Shown here: positions 28,727-50,333 of the stretch, piece after piece
How the letters are laid out: every line of letters begins with the position of its first letter
How positions within the stretch are numbered: the first letter of the stretch is position 1
From: Zygnema circumcarinatum SAG 698-1b
Lineage: Eukaryota > Plantae > Zygnematophyceae
DNA: 64,000 nucleotides
Reading direction: 5' to 3'
NCBI GenBank assembly: GCA_037447605.1
Contig: CM074815.1
Span: 310,001 to 374,000, forward strand
Position numbers and translations under genes: made by a program
Notes under the pieces: model-generated
The model's database searches: none
What the model was told of the DNA's origin: nothing
What the model saw: the letters and a program-made list of their open reading frames with translations, nothing else

Positions 28727-31700
28727 ATGGGCCTCATCTTCTGGAAGGACCACGAGAGCAAGCTCCACTCCAACTCCTCCAATGTGAACAGGGCCTGCCA
28801 CCTCATCACGGACTGCTCCTATCCATGGAGCCCCCCCTCCCTGGACCTTCCAAGACTCAGACTCTGCTCCCTCCCCCCCCAACTAAGCTCCATTGCCAGA
28901 ATAAAAAGACTAACTGTAGAGCACAACTGCCTCAGATCTCTCCCTCCAGGCATCAAAGATCTCTCTCTCCTCGAACATCTCTCTCTCAGAGGCAACATTA
29001 TAAGCAGATGGCCAGAAGTTTTGAGCCATCTTTCGAGCTTACAACATCTGGATTTGAGCAAAAATCGCTTATCTTCAGTGCATAAATCTATTGGAGAGTT
29101 ATCAAAGTTGCAGGTTCTGGCTCTTGATGGGAACCAGCTTTCTCACTTACCTCCGGAAATTGGGAACTTAAAGGAGTTGGAAATTCTGTGGCTTCCTTTC
29201 AATCATCTTCAAGAGATTCCCCTTCAAGTGATGACTTTATCGAATGTTCATACTTTATCTCTCGATTTCAATGAGTTGACTTCTCTCCCACTTCAAGTCG
29301 GCGATGCAGATTTTTCCATCCCAAATTTTTCAGCACATGGAAACCGCTCCGAAGATCTGAAATTTCTGTGCACATTTCCGGAAGATGACATTCAGGAGCT
29401 TTTGCAGATATTTTCAGGAGTTGAAGGGTTTGAAGAATTTGGAGCGGTCCAAGATTGCAATAAGAAGATTGAGCGCATGATCAACCTTCGGCTGGCCTCC
29501 ATGCGAGTTTTTTCCGACAAATTTTATTCGAAAATTTCAGGTTTCGATTCCGCTCGAGCGGAACATTTTGCTCAAAAACTTCTTTACTGGTTTCAGGGCT
29601 CCGCAGGGTTCAGGGCCATTCAAAACCTCAGCGATTCGGAGGAGAGAAGATTTGACCTAATTTCTGCATACTCCAAACTGTCAAGTTCGGAAGTTTTTTT
29701 TTCCAAAAAACCTGCAGAAGAAGAAGAAGAAAAGGAAGATAAAGGAGTTTTTCAGGGGGCAGAAAAGGCACTGAAAAGGACAAGTGATGCCATATTTCAT
29801 GCTTTCATGTTCCCCAAACAGCTGCAAGATTTGAACCTTTCTGGGCTCCAACTCTCCTCTTTGAACAGAGCAACTTTTTTGCTGTTCAACATTTCATGCT
29901 TGGACTTGAGAAACAACAATTTGGGGCCCTGGTTTGAAGAATTTCGATGGGTTTTTTCCATCCTTTATATGCCGAATCTCGAGCAGCTTCATTTGAACGC
30001 AAGCGGAATTTCAGATTTTCCGAAAGAGCTTATGATTTTGCCGAAACTTCAGTGGTCCTCTCTGCTTGAAGGAGCCCCCTCTCTCTCTCTCTCAGAACTT
30101 CAAAAGTGGAGAAAAGAAGAAATTGGGCGACTTAAAGATCCGGACCAAAAAAAATCCGTCGATGAAACTGTCTGGAAAATCGCCGATCTTTTCTTTCGGA
30201 ATGTACTGAATCCGAGCTCTGAAACTTTCCAAATTCTAAATTTGAGTCGTGCGAATTTTCTAAATTCTCTCCCTCCCTTACTCGGAAAATTCGATTTTGT
30301 GAGCGAGCTCAGACTCTCGGGCGGCAGACTGAAAAATTTGGAAAATGTGATTGAAAAAATGGATTTTTTGAAGACTATTTTTGTGGACGATGTGGGGTTC
30401 GAAGCCTGGCCGGAATCTCTGCAGAAAATTTCGCAGCTCGAAATTTTGGATATTTCCGAAAACCGGATTAAGAGTGTTTCGGGAAACCCGGTTTTTCCGC
30501 TTCTGGTTCGATTTCAAGCCAGTAAAAACCAGTTTACGGAAATTCCGGAGGCAATTTTTGCGTGGGAAAAGCTCCAATTTCTGGATTTAGGGTTCAATTT
30601 GATCGGTCGAGTTCCAGAAAACATTTCTTATTCGAAGGAGATTCGGGAGCTTTATTTAAATAACAATAATTTGCGTTCAATTCCGGCGGTTTTAAGCGAA
30701 TTAGAGGAGCTGGAAATTTTGAGACTTGATCACAACCAGTTAAGCTCGCTTCCTTATCAACTCGGAAATTTGAAGAAGCTGAAACTTCTGAACGTGTACG
30801 ACAACCATCTCCTCGTGGTTCCCAAGATTCCGAATCTGGACCGGATTTCAGACCAGATACGTCCGGGTCACACCGTTTCAAAGGGCTTCATTGTGGGGAA
30901 GAACCACTTGCTTTATAAACCTTCTTTGGAAGCATCTCTGCAGAAACCTATTTTTTGGGATTTTTTAACCGGAGAAGATATTGGGGTTTCTCCTATACAT
31001 CACAAATTTGTGAAGCTTTTTGCAGCAGCCCAGGCTTCTAATTCAGCTGAAAACCTCAATAAAGTCATGGATTACTATAACAAATTTCTCGCTGAAAATC
31101 TTACTGTTGAAGAAGCTGCTCTTCAGTTTTTGGCTAGTTCTTTGGTCTATTTGGAAGACAAATTCGGAGAATTTTCCAAGGGAATCGTTTTCAATGTGAA
31201 GGAAGACCTGCAGGGCAATGAAGTAAATTATTACGCTTCAAGGTACAAAATTCTGAATTCAATTAAAAGTGGAGGGACCTGCAACGGGTTCTATTTGGTC
31301 CCCCAAAGCAGCTCAGAAAGTCATAAGGCAAAAATTATCGTTTTCTGTGGGACGAAATTTAACGCTATTCAGTTCCCAAAAAAGATCCCAAAATCGGAGA
31401 GCAAGAGCAAAGCCCTTGTTCTTCCTTCCTCCTTTCTCGCAGAAATTATAAAAAGTGGTGAAAAAATTGGAGTTTCTGAGAAGGAGCAGGAGGAGGAGAT
31501 TAAGCTGGTGATTACAGGACATAGCTATGGAGGATTTTTGGCAGTTCAGAGTTTTGCCAACATTGAAAATTCGATCCATCGTCAGAAAAATGCAAAACTT
31601 GTAACCTTCAACGCTCCGGGAGTGGAAGCGCAGACAATCGATAAAATGTGTGCAGGAATTTCTGAAGATTTTTCCTGGAAAAATAGTCGAATTATTCGGC

Positions 31701-32955
31701 ACGAATTCGATATTGCTCATTTAGCAGGAGAGGTTCATTGTCCCGGAATTGTGCTTTATACAAATGACTTAATCGAGGCTCCAATGGAGTCGGTAGAGAG
31801 TGAAATTTTGAGCACATCGCCGGACCTTGCAGCTGCATGCAAAATGCTGACCGTTTACGCGGGGTTCTATGCAAGAAAAATTGCTCGTGGTTCCCTATCC
31901 CAGGTTGAGATGACATCGCTTGGAAGCTCCTTTTTAGAATGTATGGGGAATTTGGCCTATGCCCATACAGTTCCTTCCTTTGCTTTGAGGCAAATGCATG
32001 GACTGAAGCCCTTAATATCGAGGGCAGATCACCATTCTGCGGCGCATATGGGAGTGGAGGGAGGGGGGTTTGGGAGGGAGGGGGAGCGGGTGCAGGCGCT
32101 GGCAGAGGAGTGGGTGAGCTACTTCAGGGTGAAGGGGGAGAAGGGGGGGGAGGGGGGAGGAGGGAAGTAGGGAGGGAGGGAGGGAGGGGAGAGGAGGGGA
32201 GGAGGAGAGGAGGGAGGAGGGAGGGGGAAGGTGGGAAGAGGAAAAGAGGAGGGGAGGGAGGGGAAGGAAAGAGGGGGAGGGGAAGGAGGGAGGAGCAAGA
32301 AGGAGGGACGAGGAGGGAGTAGGAGCAGGAGGACGGAGGAAGAGGGAGGAGGTAATGAGCGGAGTGCCGCAGACTCGCACACGGAGAGAGGGAGGAAATG
32401 GGGGAAAGGGGGTGGGGGGAAGAAGGCAGGAAAGAGGGAGGATTGGAATAGAATCCGCAGAAATTTCCAGATTCTGTCTACGACTGTTGAAGCTTTTAGG
32501 GCTTCCCTTCTGCCTTTAAAAAGACATGTCTACAACTTTTCTTCCATAGTGCTGCAACGACGGATGGTTGGATAACGTAATTTTTTTCCTTCTTGGGCGT
32601 TTACATTCTGAAGACGATGTTTCCAGTGAGTTGGAGGAAATTTACAGCTCAAACGCACAGGCTTGTCAGGCAGGAGGTGAGTGGAGGCTAAGGACTGCTC
32701 TCTCTTTCCCTCCCTCTCTCTCCCTCTCTCTCCCTCTCTCTCCCACTCTATGCCACGTCTGTTGTCATTCTGCAACTCTCTCTATATTTAAGCTCCCGTC
32801 TTGCTTTTTATACCGCAAATTTATGCCACTCTCTCTCTCTCTCACTCCCTCTCTGTAGCTCACGCCCCCCTCTCTCCTCTCACCTTCTCTCATCATTTCT
32901 TTCCGTTTTACTTTATGATTCCTTCACAGGTGGTGGAGGCAGTCCTGCAAGTTGA
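28727..32955 (+). CDS. Large LRR protein (three LRR blocks) with a C-terminal class-3-lipase-like alpha/beta hydrolase
   Basis: 3.4-kb ORF (28727-32170) with LxxLxLxxNxLxxLP repeats, then IIVFCGT...LVITGHSYGG (31517-34)...LVTFNAPG...RHEFDIAH...AHT. A probable donor GG|GTGAGC at 32113 joins in frame to small exons 32550-32676 (CCNDGWLDNVIFFLLGRL...) and 32930-32955 (stop). These 3' exons are tentative. Confidence 0.8.
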
Positions 32956-34574
32956 CCTGTTCACTATTTATCTCTTTCTACTTGTTGCAAAATGCAGAAA
33001 ACCCTGAAATAGATGCAGGATTCTTTGGCAGCATAACTGCTATTTAAAAACTTCGATTTTTTCATGATTTTTAATTGGGTTCTTTAGCCCTTATTAGGGT
33101 CTGATGGCTTTACTTAGACTTATGATAAAATCGCTCGCTTGCAGTGGTCCTGTTGTTGGCAGGTTCCATGTCAGTAATGAAGTTAGTTCAAGAGATGAAA
33201 ATTATAGGCGACTCTGACTTACAATATTCGAGACGATTTTGACCCGAACCTGATATAGCTTATGGGGGACAATTTTTCCACACATAGCGAGTCATTTACA
33301 GTAATTACAAAAGTAATTAATCTTCCCATATCAACCAAATGCCATAAGTTTTCACATGGCTGCATGTTGGCATTTCTACATGCATGGGAAGACCATGCAT
33401 GCCACCCATGCATGCGCATGTAGTCATACTTTTTTCTGAACAATGTATTCTCTGTTTAAGATGTGATTCCATGTCATTCAAATGCGTTCCTTGGTCACCT
33501 GAATGCATCTTGTAATACTTGTTGCATCAGTTCAGTTTAACGGAACCTGCGTTCCATGAGTTCATTTGATGGGCAATTGCGGCGTCTGTCCAACATTGAT
33601 CCGTAGATGTCCTTGTTCCGTAAGCCAATAACAATTCTGCTGCAAATATAAGTGGCATTGAGTGTGAGAGAGCGAGAGAGAGGGGGGAGGAAAGAGAGGA
33701 AGAGAGTGGGAAGGGAGTGTGGACGACGAGAAGAGGAGAGAAGAGGGAGGGAGAGAAGGGGGCGGGGGGGAAGTGTGGGAATTAGAAGTGGGGGGAGAGA
33801 GAGGTAGAGAAAGAGGGAGACGAGAGTGAGAGGCAGATAGAGGAGAGAGAGAGGATGAAGGTGAGAGGGGGGGGGGAAAGGTTTAGAGGTCTAAAGGTCT
33901 GAAGCTGAACTTCTAGGTATGGCACAATACACGGTACCCCTTTGGGATGGTATGGCTGACTATACTGTGGCGTCTACACTATATCTATGTATACATCTCC
34001 CTCTCCCCCCCTCTCTCTCTCTCTCCTACCTACCTGTCTCTGCACTGTCTATACACCTCACACACTCTCTCGCACTCTCTCGCTCTAGCTCTCACTCACT
34101 TCCTCTTTCTCTCCTCTCTGCACGCCAATCGCCAAGCCCCCTTACTCCACACCTCTCCCCACCTTTTCCTCCCGTCCCTATATTTTCCTCTCGCTGTCCT
34201 ATCCCTCCCTCCCTCCCACCTTTTCCCCACTTCCATCTTCCCCCCACTCCCCTCTCTCCCTCTCTCCCTCCCTTCCTCCCTCTCCCTCTCCATCTCCCTC
34301 TCTCCCTCTCTCTCCCCCTCCCTCCCTCTCTCTCTCTCCCACTCCCTCCCTCCCTCTCTCTCTCTCTCTCCCCCTCCCTCCCTCTCTCTCTCTCCCCCCC
34401 TCCCTCCCTCTCCCTCCCTCNNNNNNNNNNCTCTCCCCCTCCCTCCCTCTCTCTCTCTCCCCCCCTCCCTCCCTCTCCCTCCCTCCCCCTCCCTCCCTCT
34501 CTCTCTCTCTCTCTCCCTTCCTCCCTCTTCCTGCCCCTCTCTCCCCCTCTCTCCCTCCCTCTCTCTCTCCCCCT

Positions 34575-34613
<39 letters not shown>

Positions 34614-34620
34614 TCTCTCC

Positions 34621-35922
34621 CTACAAGTTCCCGAGGCTGGGCGTCTCCCGGCCCACAAGGCGGTGCACGAGCTGCGCCCCTTTGGGCGAGAGCGGTTCGA
34701 AGAGGTCCGTACGAGTCACGATGCCGACCACCACCCCCTCGTGGTCCACCACGGGCAGCCGGTGGACCTGCCCGAAAAAAAAAAATGGGTCAATCAAAGA
34801 AAACTAGGAGACAGCCACAACACCATCATCATCAACAACAGGTGATTTCCAAGGGGAGGGCATAAACCCTAATTAAGGTTTTAGGAATTAGGGTTTTAGG
34901 TCACCTTGTGCTTCAACATCAACGCCGCCGCGTAAGCGACAGGGGCGCCGGAGACGATGACGAAAGCAGGTGACGTCATCACTTCACTGAAAATCAACAT
35001 AGAAACCGGCAAGGAACAGTGAAAAAGAGAGGCTTATACCCCATTTGGATCCATTCTTTATGGAATTTAGGCCCACACGCCTTTAGATTCAATACCAGAG
35101 AGTGTTCGAGCTTCCTAAGGCTCTAGAGCATTATGATTTTAAAAATATCAACCTATAAGGTCGATATTTATCCATTCACATTGAAACATGACTGACATGT
35201 TAAGTTTTTTTTTTTTTTACCACACCTGACCGTGGTGGCGGGCAGGCTGCCTGCCCTCCCCCTCGCATAGCGCGCCACGTCAATATTGGAAATGATGCCC
35301 ACGCAGCGCCCGGCGGAGTCCACCACGGGCAGCCCCGTGAAATGTTCGAACTGCCCGAGAATGCTCTCGAGGGTGCTGTCCTCCGTCGTCGTCAGCGCCT
35401 GCACTCCCTCAAAACCCTAAAAACCCTAAAAACCCCAGAGCCCAGAGGACCTCCAAAACCAAAATTTATTATTATTTACTTATTTATTTTAAATTAACAT
35501 CATAATCCATGCATTATGACCACTTCACAAGTATGCAATCTTTTATTTATTTTTTTTCAAAATTTAATAACCTTAATTTAATCTAATTTATTTTTTCCTC
35601 TCACCGGCCGACTCATGACGCTATCCACCGGTCCGTACGGATCCTCTTGAAGCGTCTCCGACTTGTCAATGGCGCGCCTGTCCTCCTCCGCCGCCGCCAC
35701 AACGCCGCCAGCCAATGCGGGGGCGCCACGTGTCCCCCTCCCCTTCCAGAACTCCGCGCCCTTAAACCCTCCCCTCGTCCTCTCCCTCGCAGAAAGGACA
35801 AAAGCGGAGGGGCCTTGCTCGGATGGGCGGCCGTTCCATGTGGCTCCGTTAGCGTTTCCGTTGGGCGCAACGGCGCAGCGGGCGGGCATGGAGAGGGCCA
35901 CGCTGTGGAGGGAGAGAGCCAT
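34621..35922 (-). CDS. CBS-pair protein with a transit-peptide-like N-terminus (CBSX-like), 4 exons
   Basis: MALSLHSVALS...DSVMSRP | ALTTTEDSTLESILGQFEHFTGLPVVDSAGRCVGIISNIDV...TTVS | EVMTSPAFVIVSGAPVAYAAALMLKHK | VHRLPVVDHEGVVVGIVTRTDL...GNL*; splice phases consistent. Confidence 0.88.
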
Positions 35923-36759
35923 TGAAAAGGCGCCACGTGGCACTGTTCGATTGGATCCCGAAGCTGCGCATGCAAGATAAGGGAGGGAGAGGGGTTTAGA
36001 ATGTATTTTCTCTCTCTCCCGCTTTTTCACTCTCTCCCTCCCACTCTCTCCCTCTCCCCCTCTCTCTCATGCTCACTCCCTCCTCTCTCGCTCACTCTCC
36101 CTCTCCCCACTCTCCCTCTCCCTCTCTCTCTCACGCTCTCCCCCTCTCTCTCACTCTCTCTCTGCCCCCTCTCCCTCTTCCCCTCTCTCTCTCACGCTTT
36201 CTCCCCTCTTCTCTCGCTTACTCTCTCGCTCCCCCCCTCCCTCTCACTCTCTCTCCCCCTCCTGTCTCCCACTCACTCTCTCCCCCCCTATCTCTCACCC
36301 TTCTTCCTTCTACCGCTCTGCTCCTCCTTGTACCCCTCAAATTCTCTCCCTCCCTCTCCCTCTCCCTCCCTCTCCTTCTCCTCCCTCCCTCCCTCACTCG
36401 CCATGCAATCGAAAATGGCGGCGCCAAATGTGTGAATTCTTCATTAATTTTTTAAATATCTCTTAATTCTAGAAATTCAAAATTCCTCAAACGCATATCT
36501 TCCCATCTCCTCCTCATGGCTGGCTCTGGTTCTCACCTTCTCACCTCCCTCTCCCTCTCTCCCTCTCTCAAGCACCCTCTCCCGTCCACGTATCTGCCCA
36601 CGAATCAGATCCTCGAAACGTGTCACCTAATTCGCCAGCGCGGCTAAACGAGTGTGGGGGTGAGAGAGAGAGAAAGAGAGAGAGAGTGAGAGAGAGAGGC
36701 CCGCCCCTCTCTCCTTTCGGCGTCACCTAATATCTGCCCAATGGATTACGCAAAAGGTA

Positions 36760-37560
36760 CAGTCCGTACACGAGCAGTTGCCGTACATAAAGTACCGGCC
36801 CGCCAAGCACATCACCGTACACGTATACATACAGTATGTAGATATGGCCAAGTGCAAATCGCACATCACTGTTCGTACAGATGTCAACATACCGCTTCAT
36901 TGAATCGACGGTCCAAATCGACGCCCATAATACCTTCTGGCTGTTCCTATCCGTCGATTCGGACAAAATAATTTCCATCCTGTGTAAAACCATATGTCTT
37001 CAATGTATTCACATACGTGATTTCCCATCTGTACGGACATACTCCTACAAAGTTGTACGGAATAAGCTCCAAGATAGGGCCCCGCAGGAGAGGGGGCGGT
37101 ACGCCACGTGGTGGGGGGCGGCCAGTAGGGGGATGTCACGTGGCGAAAGGCTACCAACAGTGGAATGCCACGTTACAGAGGGCTGACCACGTCGGACGGA
37201 GGGCTGGCCGGATTCTGCGCCGCGAAGGTGGGCTGCCGCGGGCGGTGACATGTGCGAGGCGGCACTCTGATTGGTCGAGAGCTGGCGGGTGGTCCGGGTT
37301 TGACGGCCTGAGTCAGCAGCAGAGAGCACCTGACTTGCCACGTGGACGGATACCATGCTGACACGTGTCAGGACATCCTGTACGGCCTCAAAATTGTCGG
37401 TACAGTACTGAGAAATACGATATATCGTATCATGCGACGATATCCAGTGCAAATCATTAGTATCGGAAAACTATGTCGATACGATATGAACGATACGGAC
37501 AATACCATACGATGCGATATCTTTTCAATGCGGTACGATACGATACGAAGCGACATTGGC
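36760..37560. repeat. GTAC/GATAC-rich element with a CACGTG cluster; probable TE remnant
   Basis: Many ccgtac/gtac motifs, cgatacgat tracts like the MITE interior at 17430-17590, and several ccacgtgg. No clear TIR or TSD found. Confidence 0.45.
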
Positions 37561-38276
37561 TGGGACCCTCACCAATTCATCAGTCACATGATGCAAAAAC
37601 CCGTTGCAGCCGACGATAACGGTAAACGGAACAGCAAAGAAACATCCATCGCACTCGGAGAGGTGGGTCCCACAAAGTAAATAATGAATGCCAAATTGGC
37701 TTTATTTCATTTCCATTGTTCCGACCGAGCCCTGTGAGCGCACGAGGCGAGGGATTGCGCCACAAACCCTCTCAGCGGAGAAATAGAGACGAGAAGAGAT
37801 GCCTACCGAGAGAGAGGGGGAGAGAGAGAGAGAGGGAGGGAGAGAGAGAGAGGGAGAGGGAGAGAGAAAGAGGAGAGGGAGAGGGGAGAGAGAAAGGGAG
37901 AGAGAGAGTGGAAGGAGGGAGAAGAGAGATAGAGCAGAGAGAATGGGAGTGAGAGATAGAGTGGAGGGAGAGAGGAGAGAGAGAGAGGGAGAGAGTGAGT
38001 GGAGAGAGAAAGGGGGGAGAAAAAGGGGGAGAGAGGGGGAGAGAGGGGGAGAGGGGGAGCAAGAGGGGGTGGAGCGAGTGGGAGAGAGAGAGAGAGGGAG
38101 AGAAAGAGAGAGCTAGAGAGAAAAAGGAAAGACCCCTAAAAAACGAATCCTAAAAGTGAGAAGACTGAAAGCGACTTCTACAAATTCAAGTCTCCCCCTC
38201 GTCGCAAGTTCCCAATTCCTAAAAAAAAAAAAAAAAAAAGGGGAGGGGAAAGAAAAAGAATCTTATATTCTGCTTT

Positions 38277-44700
<6,424 letters not shown>

Positions 44701-45999
44701 CAAACAGAAAGAAAGAAAAAGAAATTAGCTGTGTTTAACAAAGAGAAAGGACGATAAGCGCACACATAGGTCGATCCACCNNNNNNNNNNNNNNNNNNNN
44801 NNNNNNNNNNNNNNNNNNNNNNNNNNNNNNNNNNNNNNNNNNNNNNNNNNNNNNNNNNNNNNNNNNNNNNNNNNNNNNNNACTCTCCCCCTCCCCTCTCT
44901 CTCCCCTCTCCCCCTCTCTCTCCCCCTCTTTCTCTCCCCCTCTCTCTCTCCCTCTCTCTCTCTCGCCCTCTCCCTCTCTCTCTCACCCTCTCTCTCTCTC
45001 CCCCTCTCCCTCTCTCTCTCCCCTTCTCTCCCTCACTCTCGCCCTCTCCCCCTCTCTCCTCGCCCTCCCTCTCTCTCTCTCCCTCCTCTCTCCCTCTCCC
45101 CCTCTCTCTCCCCCTCTCTCTCTCCCCCCTATCTCTCTCTCCCTCTCTCTCTCTCGCCCTCTCCCTCCTCCTCCTGCCCCTCTCCTGCTCCCCTCTCGCT
45201 CCTCTTCTCTCCCCTTCCTCTCTCTCTCTCTCCCCCTCTCCCTCTCACCCTCTCCCTCTCTCCCTCTCTCTCTCCCCTCTCTCTCTGCACGCCCTCTCCC
45301 TCTCTCCTCACCTCCTCTCTCACCCCCCCCTCTCCCTCTCTCTCTCCTTCTCTTCCTCCTCTCGCCCTCTCCCTCTCTCTCTCTCCCTCACTCTCTCCCT
45401 CTCCCCCTCTCTCTCCCCCTCTCTCTCTCCCCCTATCTCTCTCTCCCTCTCTCTCTCTCGCCCTCTCCCTCTCTCTCACCCTCTCTCTCCCCCTCTCTCG
45501 CTCCTCTTCTCTCCCCCTTTCTCTCTCTCTCTCTCCCTCTCCCTCTCTCCCTCTCCCCCTCTCTCCCCTCTCTCTCCTCCCCCTCTCTCTCATCCTCTCC
45601 CTCTCTCACCCTCTCTCCTCTCCCCTCTCCTCTCTCTCTCCCTTCTCTCCCTCACTCTCGCCCTCTCCTCTCTCTCTCCCTCTCCCTCTCTCCTCCCTCT
45701 CTCCCTCTCCCTCTCTCCCCTCTCTCTCTCTCTCCCTCTCTCTCTCCCCCTCTCCCTCTCTCTCTCCCCTTCTCTCCCCCTCTCTCTCACCCTCTCTCTC
45801 TCTCCCGCTCTCTCTCTCTCTCCCTCTCTCTCTCCCCTCTCTCTCTCTCTCCCTCGCTCTCTCTCTCTCCCTCTCTCTCTCTCTCCCTCTCTCTCTCTCT
45901 CCCTCTCTCTCTCTCCCTCTCTCTCTCTCCCTCGCTCTCTCTCTCTCTCTCCCTCTCTCTCTCTCCCTCTCTCTCTCTCTCCCTCTCTCTCTCTCCCTC

Positions 46000-46031
<32 letters not shown>

Positions 46032-46052
46032 TGGGTAAGTTTAGGGGTGTGC

Positions 46053-49002
<2,950 letters not shown>

Positions 49003-49124
49003 ATCTTTAAAATGCCTCCTAACCCTAATTCTCTGAACCCTGATTGAGGGAATGGTGGCTTTTGACTGCTGATTTTCTTTGCTTTTTTCCAGTTCTTTTT
49101 ATTTATATTTATATATTTTCTTTT

Positions 49125-50195
49125 TTAAAGAACCGAGAAATCTCTCTCATGACAGTCCGCGGCTGCACTGCTCCAGTCGAGCGTGGTGACGTGGCGAAGG
49201 GGTGGAAGGACACGCACATACGACAAAACATCGCGTGTCGGTATCGAGGAAGCTTCGGCGAAGGGAGCAGGATTAGTCAAGGATGTCGCAGTGGATGACG
49301 TCGTCACCATGTTTGGACGAAACTTCGTGGAAAGTGCAACGAGCATTCGAGGAAACTAGCTTGCAGCCGATCTAGCGCTCCTTGTCCCTTCTCTCCCACC
49401 TCTCACTGTCTCTCTCACTCCATCCCTCTCCCACTCTCTCTCTCTCCTCACCCTCTCCCTCACTCTCCCACTTTTCTCTCTCTCCTCACTCTCTCCCTCA
49501 CTCTCCCACCCCTCTCTCTTTCTCTCTCTCTCCTCACCCTCTCTCTCTCGCTCTCCCACCACTCTCTCTCTCTCCCCTCACTCTCTCCCTCACTCTCCAA
49601 CTTCTCTCTCTCTCTCCCTCTGCGGCTCTGGGCCTCTCCCTCCCCATCGCAGCTCCCCTGTCCCTCTGACAAGATGTGGCCTTCCAAAAAATTGCTAAAT
49701 TGGCCCAGTGGGTATCTCAGAAAGGGCTTCAAGGGGTTCAGGGTTCAAGGTTTATAGTTTCAGGGTTCAGGATTAGGGTTGAACGTTCAGCATTTGGGGT
49801 TCAGTATTTTGTCAATTCGTTCAATACAAACCCCAAAAAAGAGAAAAGTTCACTGTTGGAGGTTTGGGTTTCAGAGTTTAGGGTTCAAAAATTAAGCGAC
49901 GTTCAGGGTTCCAGTTTCAGAACTCAAGGGTCCAGAATTTCGAGTTCAAGGCTTAGGGTTGAGGGTTTAAGAGACAGAGCTTGAAATAAAACTTTCTCAT
50001 TGATGCCGTCAATCGCCGACTTACAATCCGAGAGGATGAGTAGTACACACGAACAGGCCAAACACCTCAAAACCCTAAAAACTCTACAAGCCCTACAAAC
50101 CCTAATTTTCACACAACCAGAACCCTAACTCCCCTGAACCCCTGTAACTGAATAGGCCTCAAAATTCACCTCAGAAGACGATCTTCTTCTGACAT
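49125..50195 (-). CDS. Possible small multi-exon gene of unknown function
   Basis: Non-repetitive islands: MSEEDRLLR followed by a GT donor (50195-50170), CLACSCVLLILSDCKSAIDGINEK (about 50060-49990), about 49650-49720, and an ORF ending at 49125 (...IPTRDVLSYVRVLPPLRHVTTLDWSS...). No family recognised. Confidence 0.25.
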
Positions 50196-50333
50196 ATTGA
50201 CCCTCGTTCTCTCACTTCCTCTCCCTCCCCCCCCCCCATCCTTCCCCTGCCCTCCCCTCCCCTCCCCTCCCATTTGACCACAATATTTCAACATGTATAG
50301 AGCGTTTCTACGCAATTCCGTATTCCGTTATCC

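Noticed and set aside
28727-32170. Canonical NLR, receptor-like kinase or ROCO protein
   Set aside because: No P-loop/NB-ARC, TIR, kinase, Roc-COR, signal peptide or TM helix is recognisable; GHSYGG is a hydrolase elbow, not a Walker A motif.
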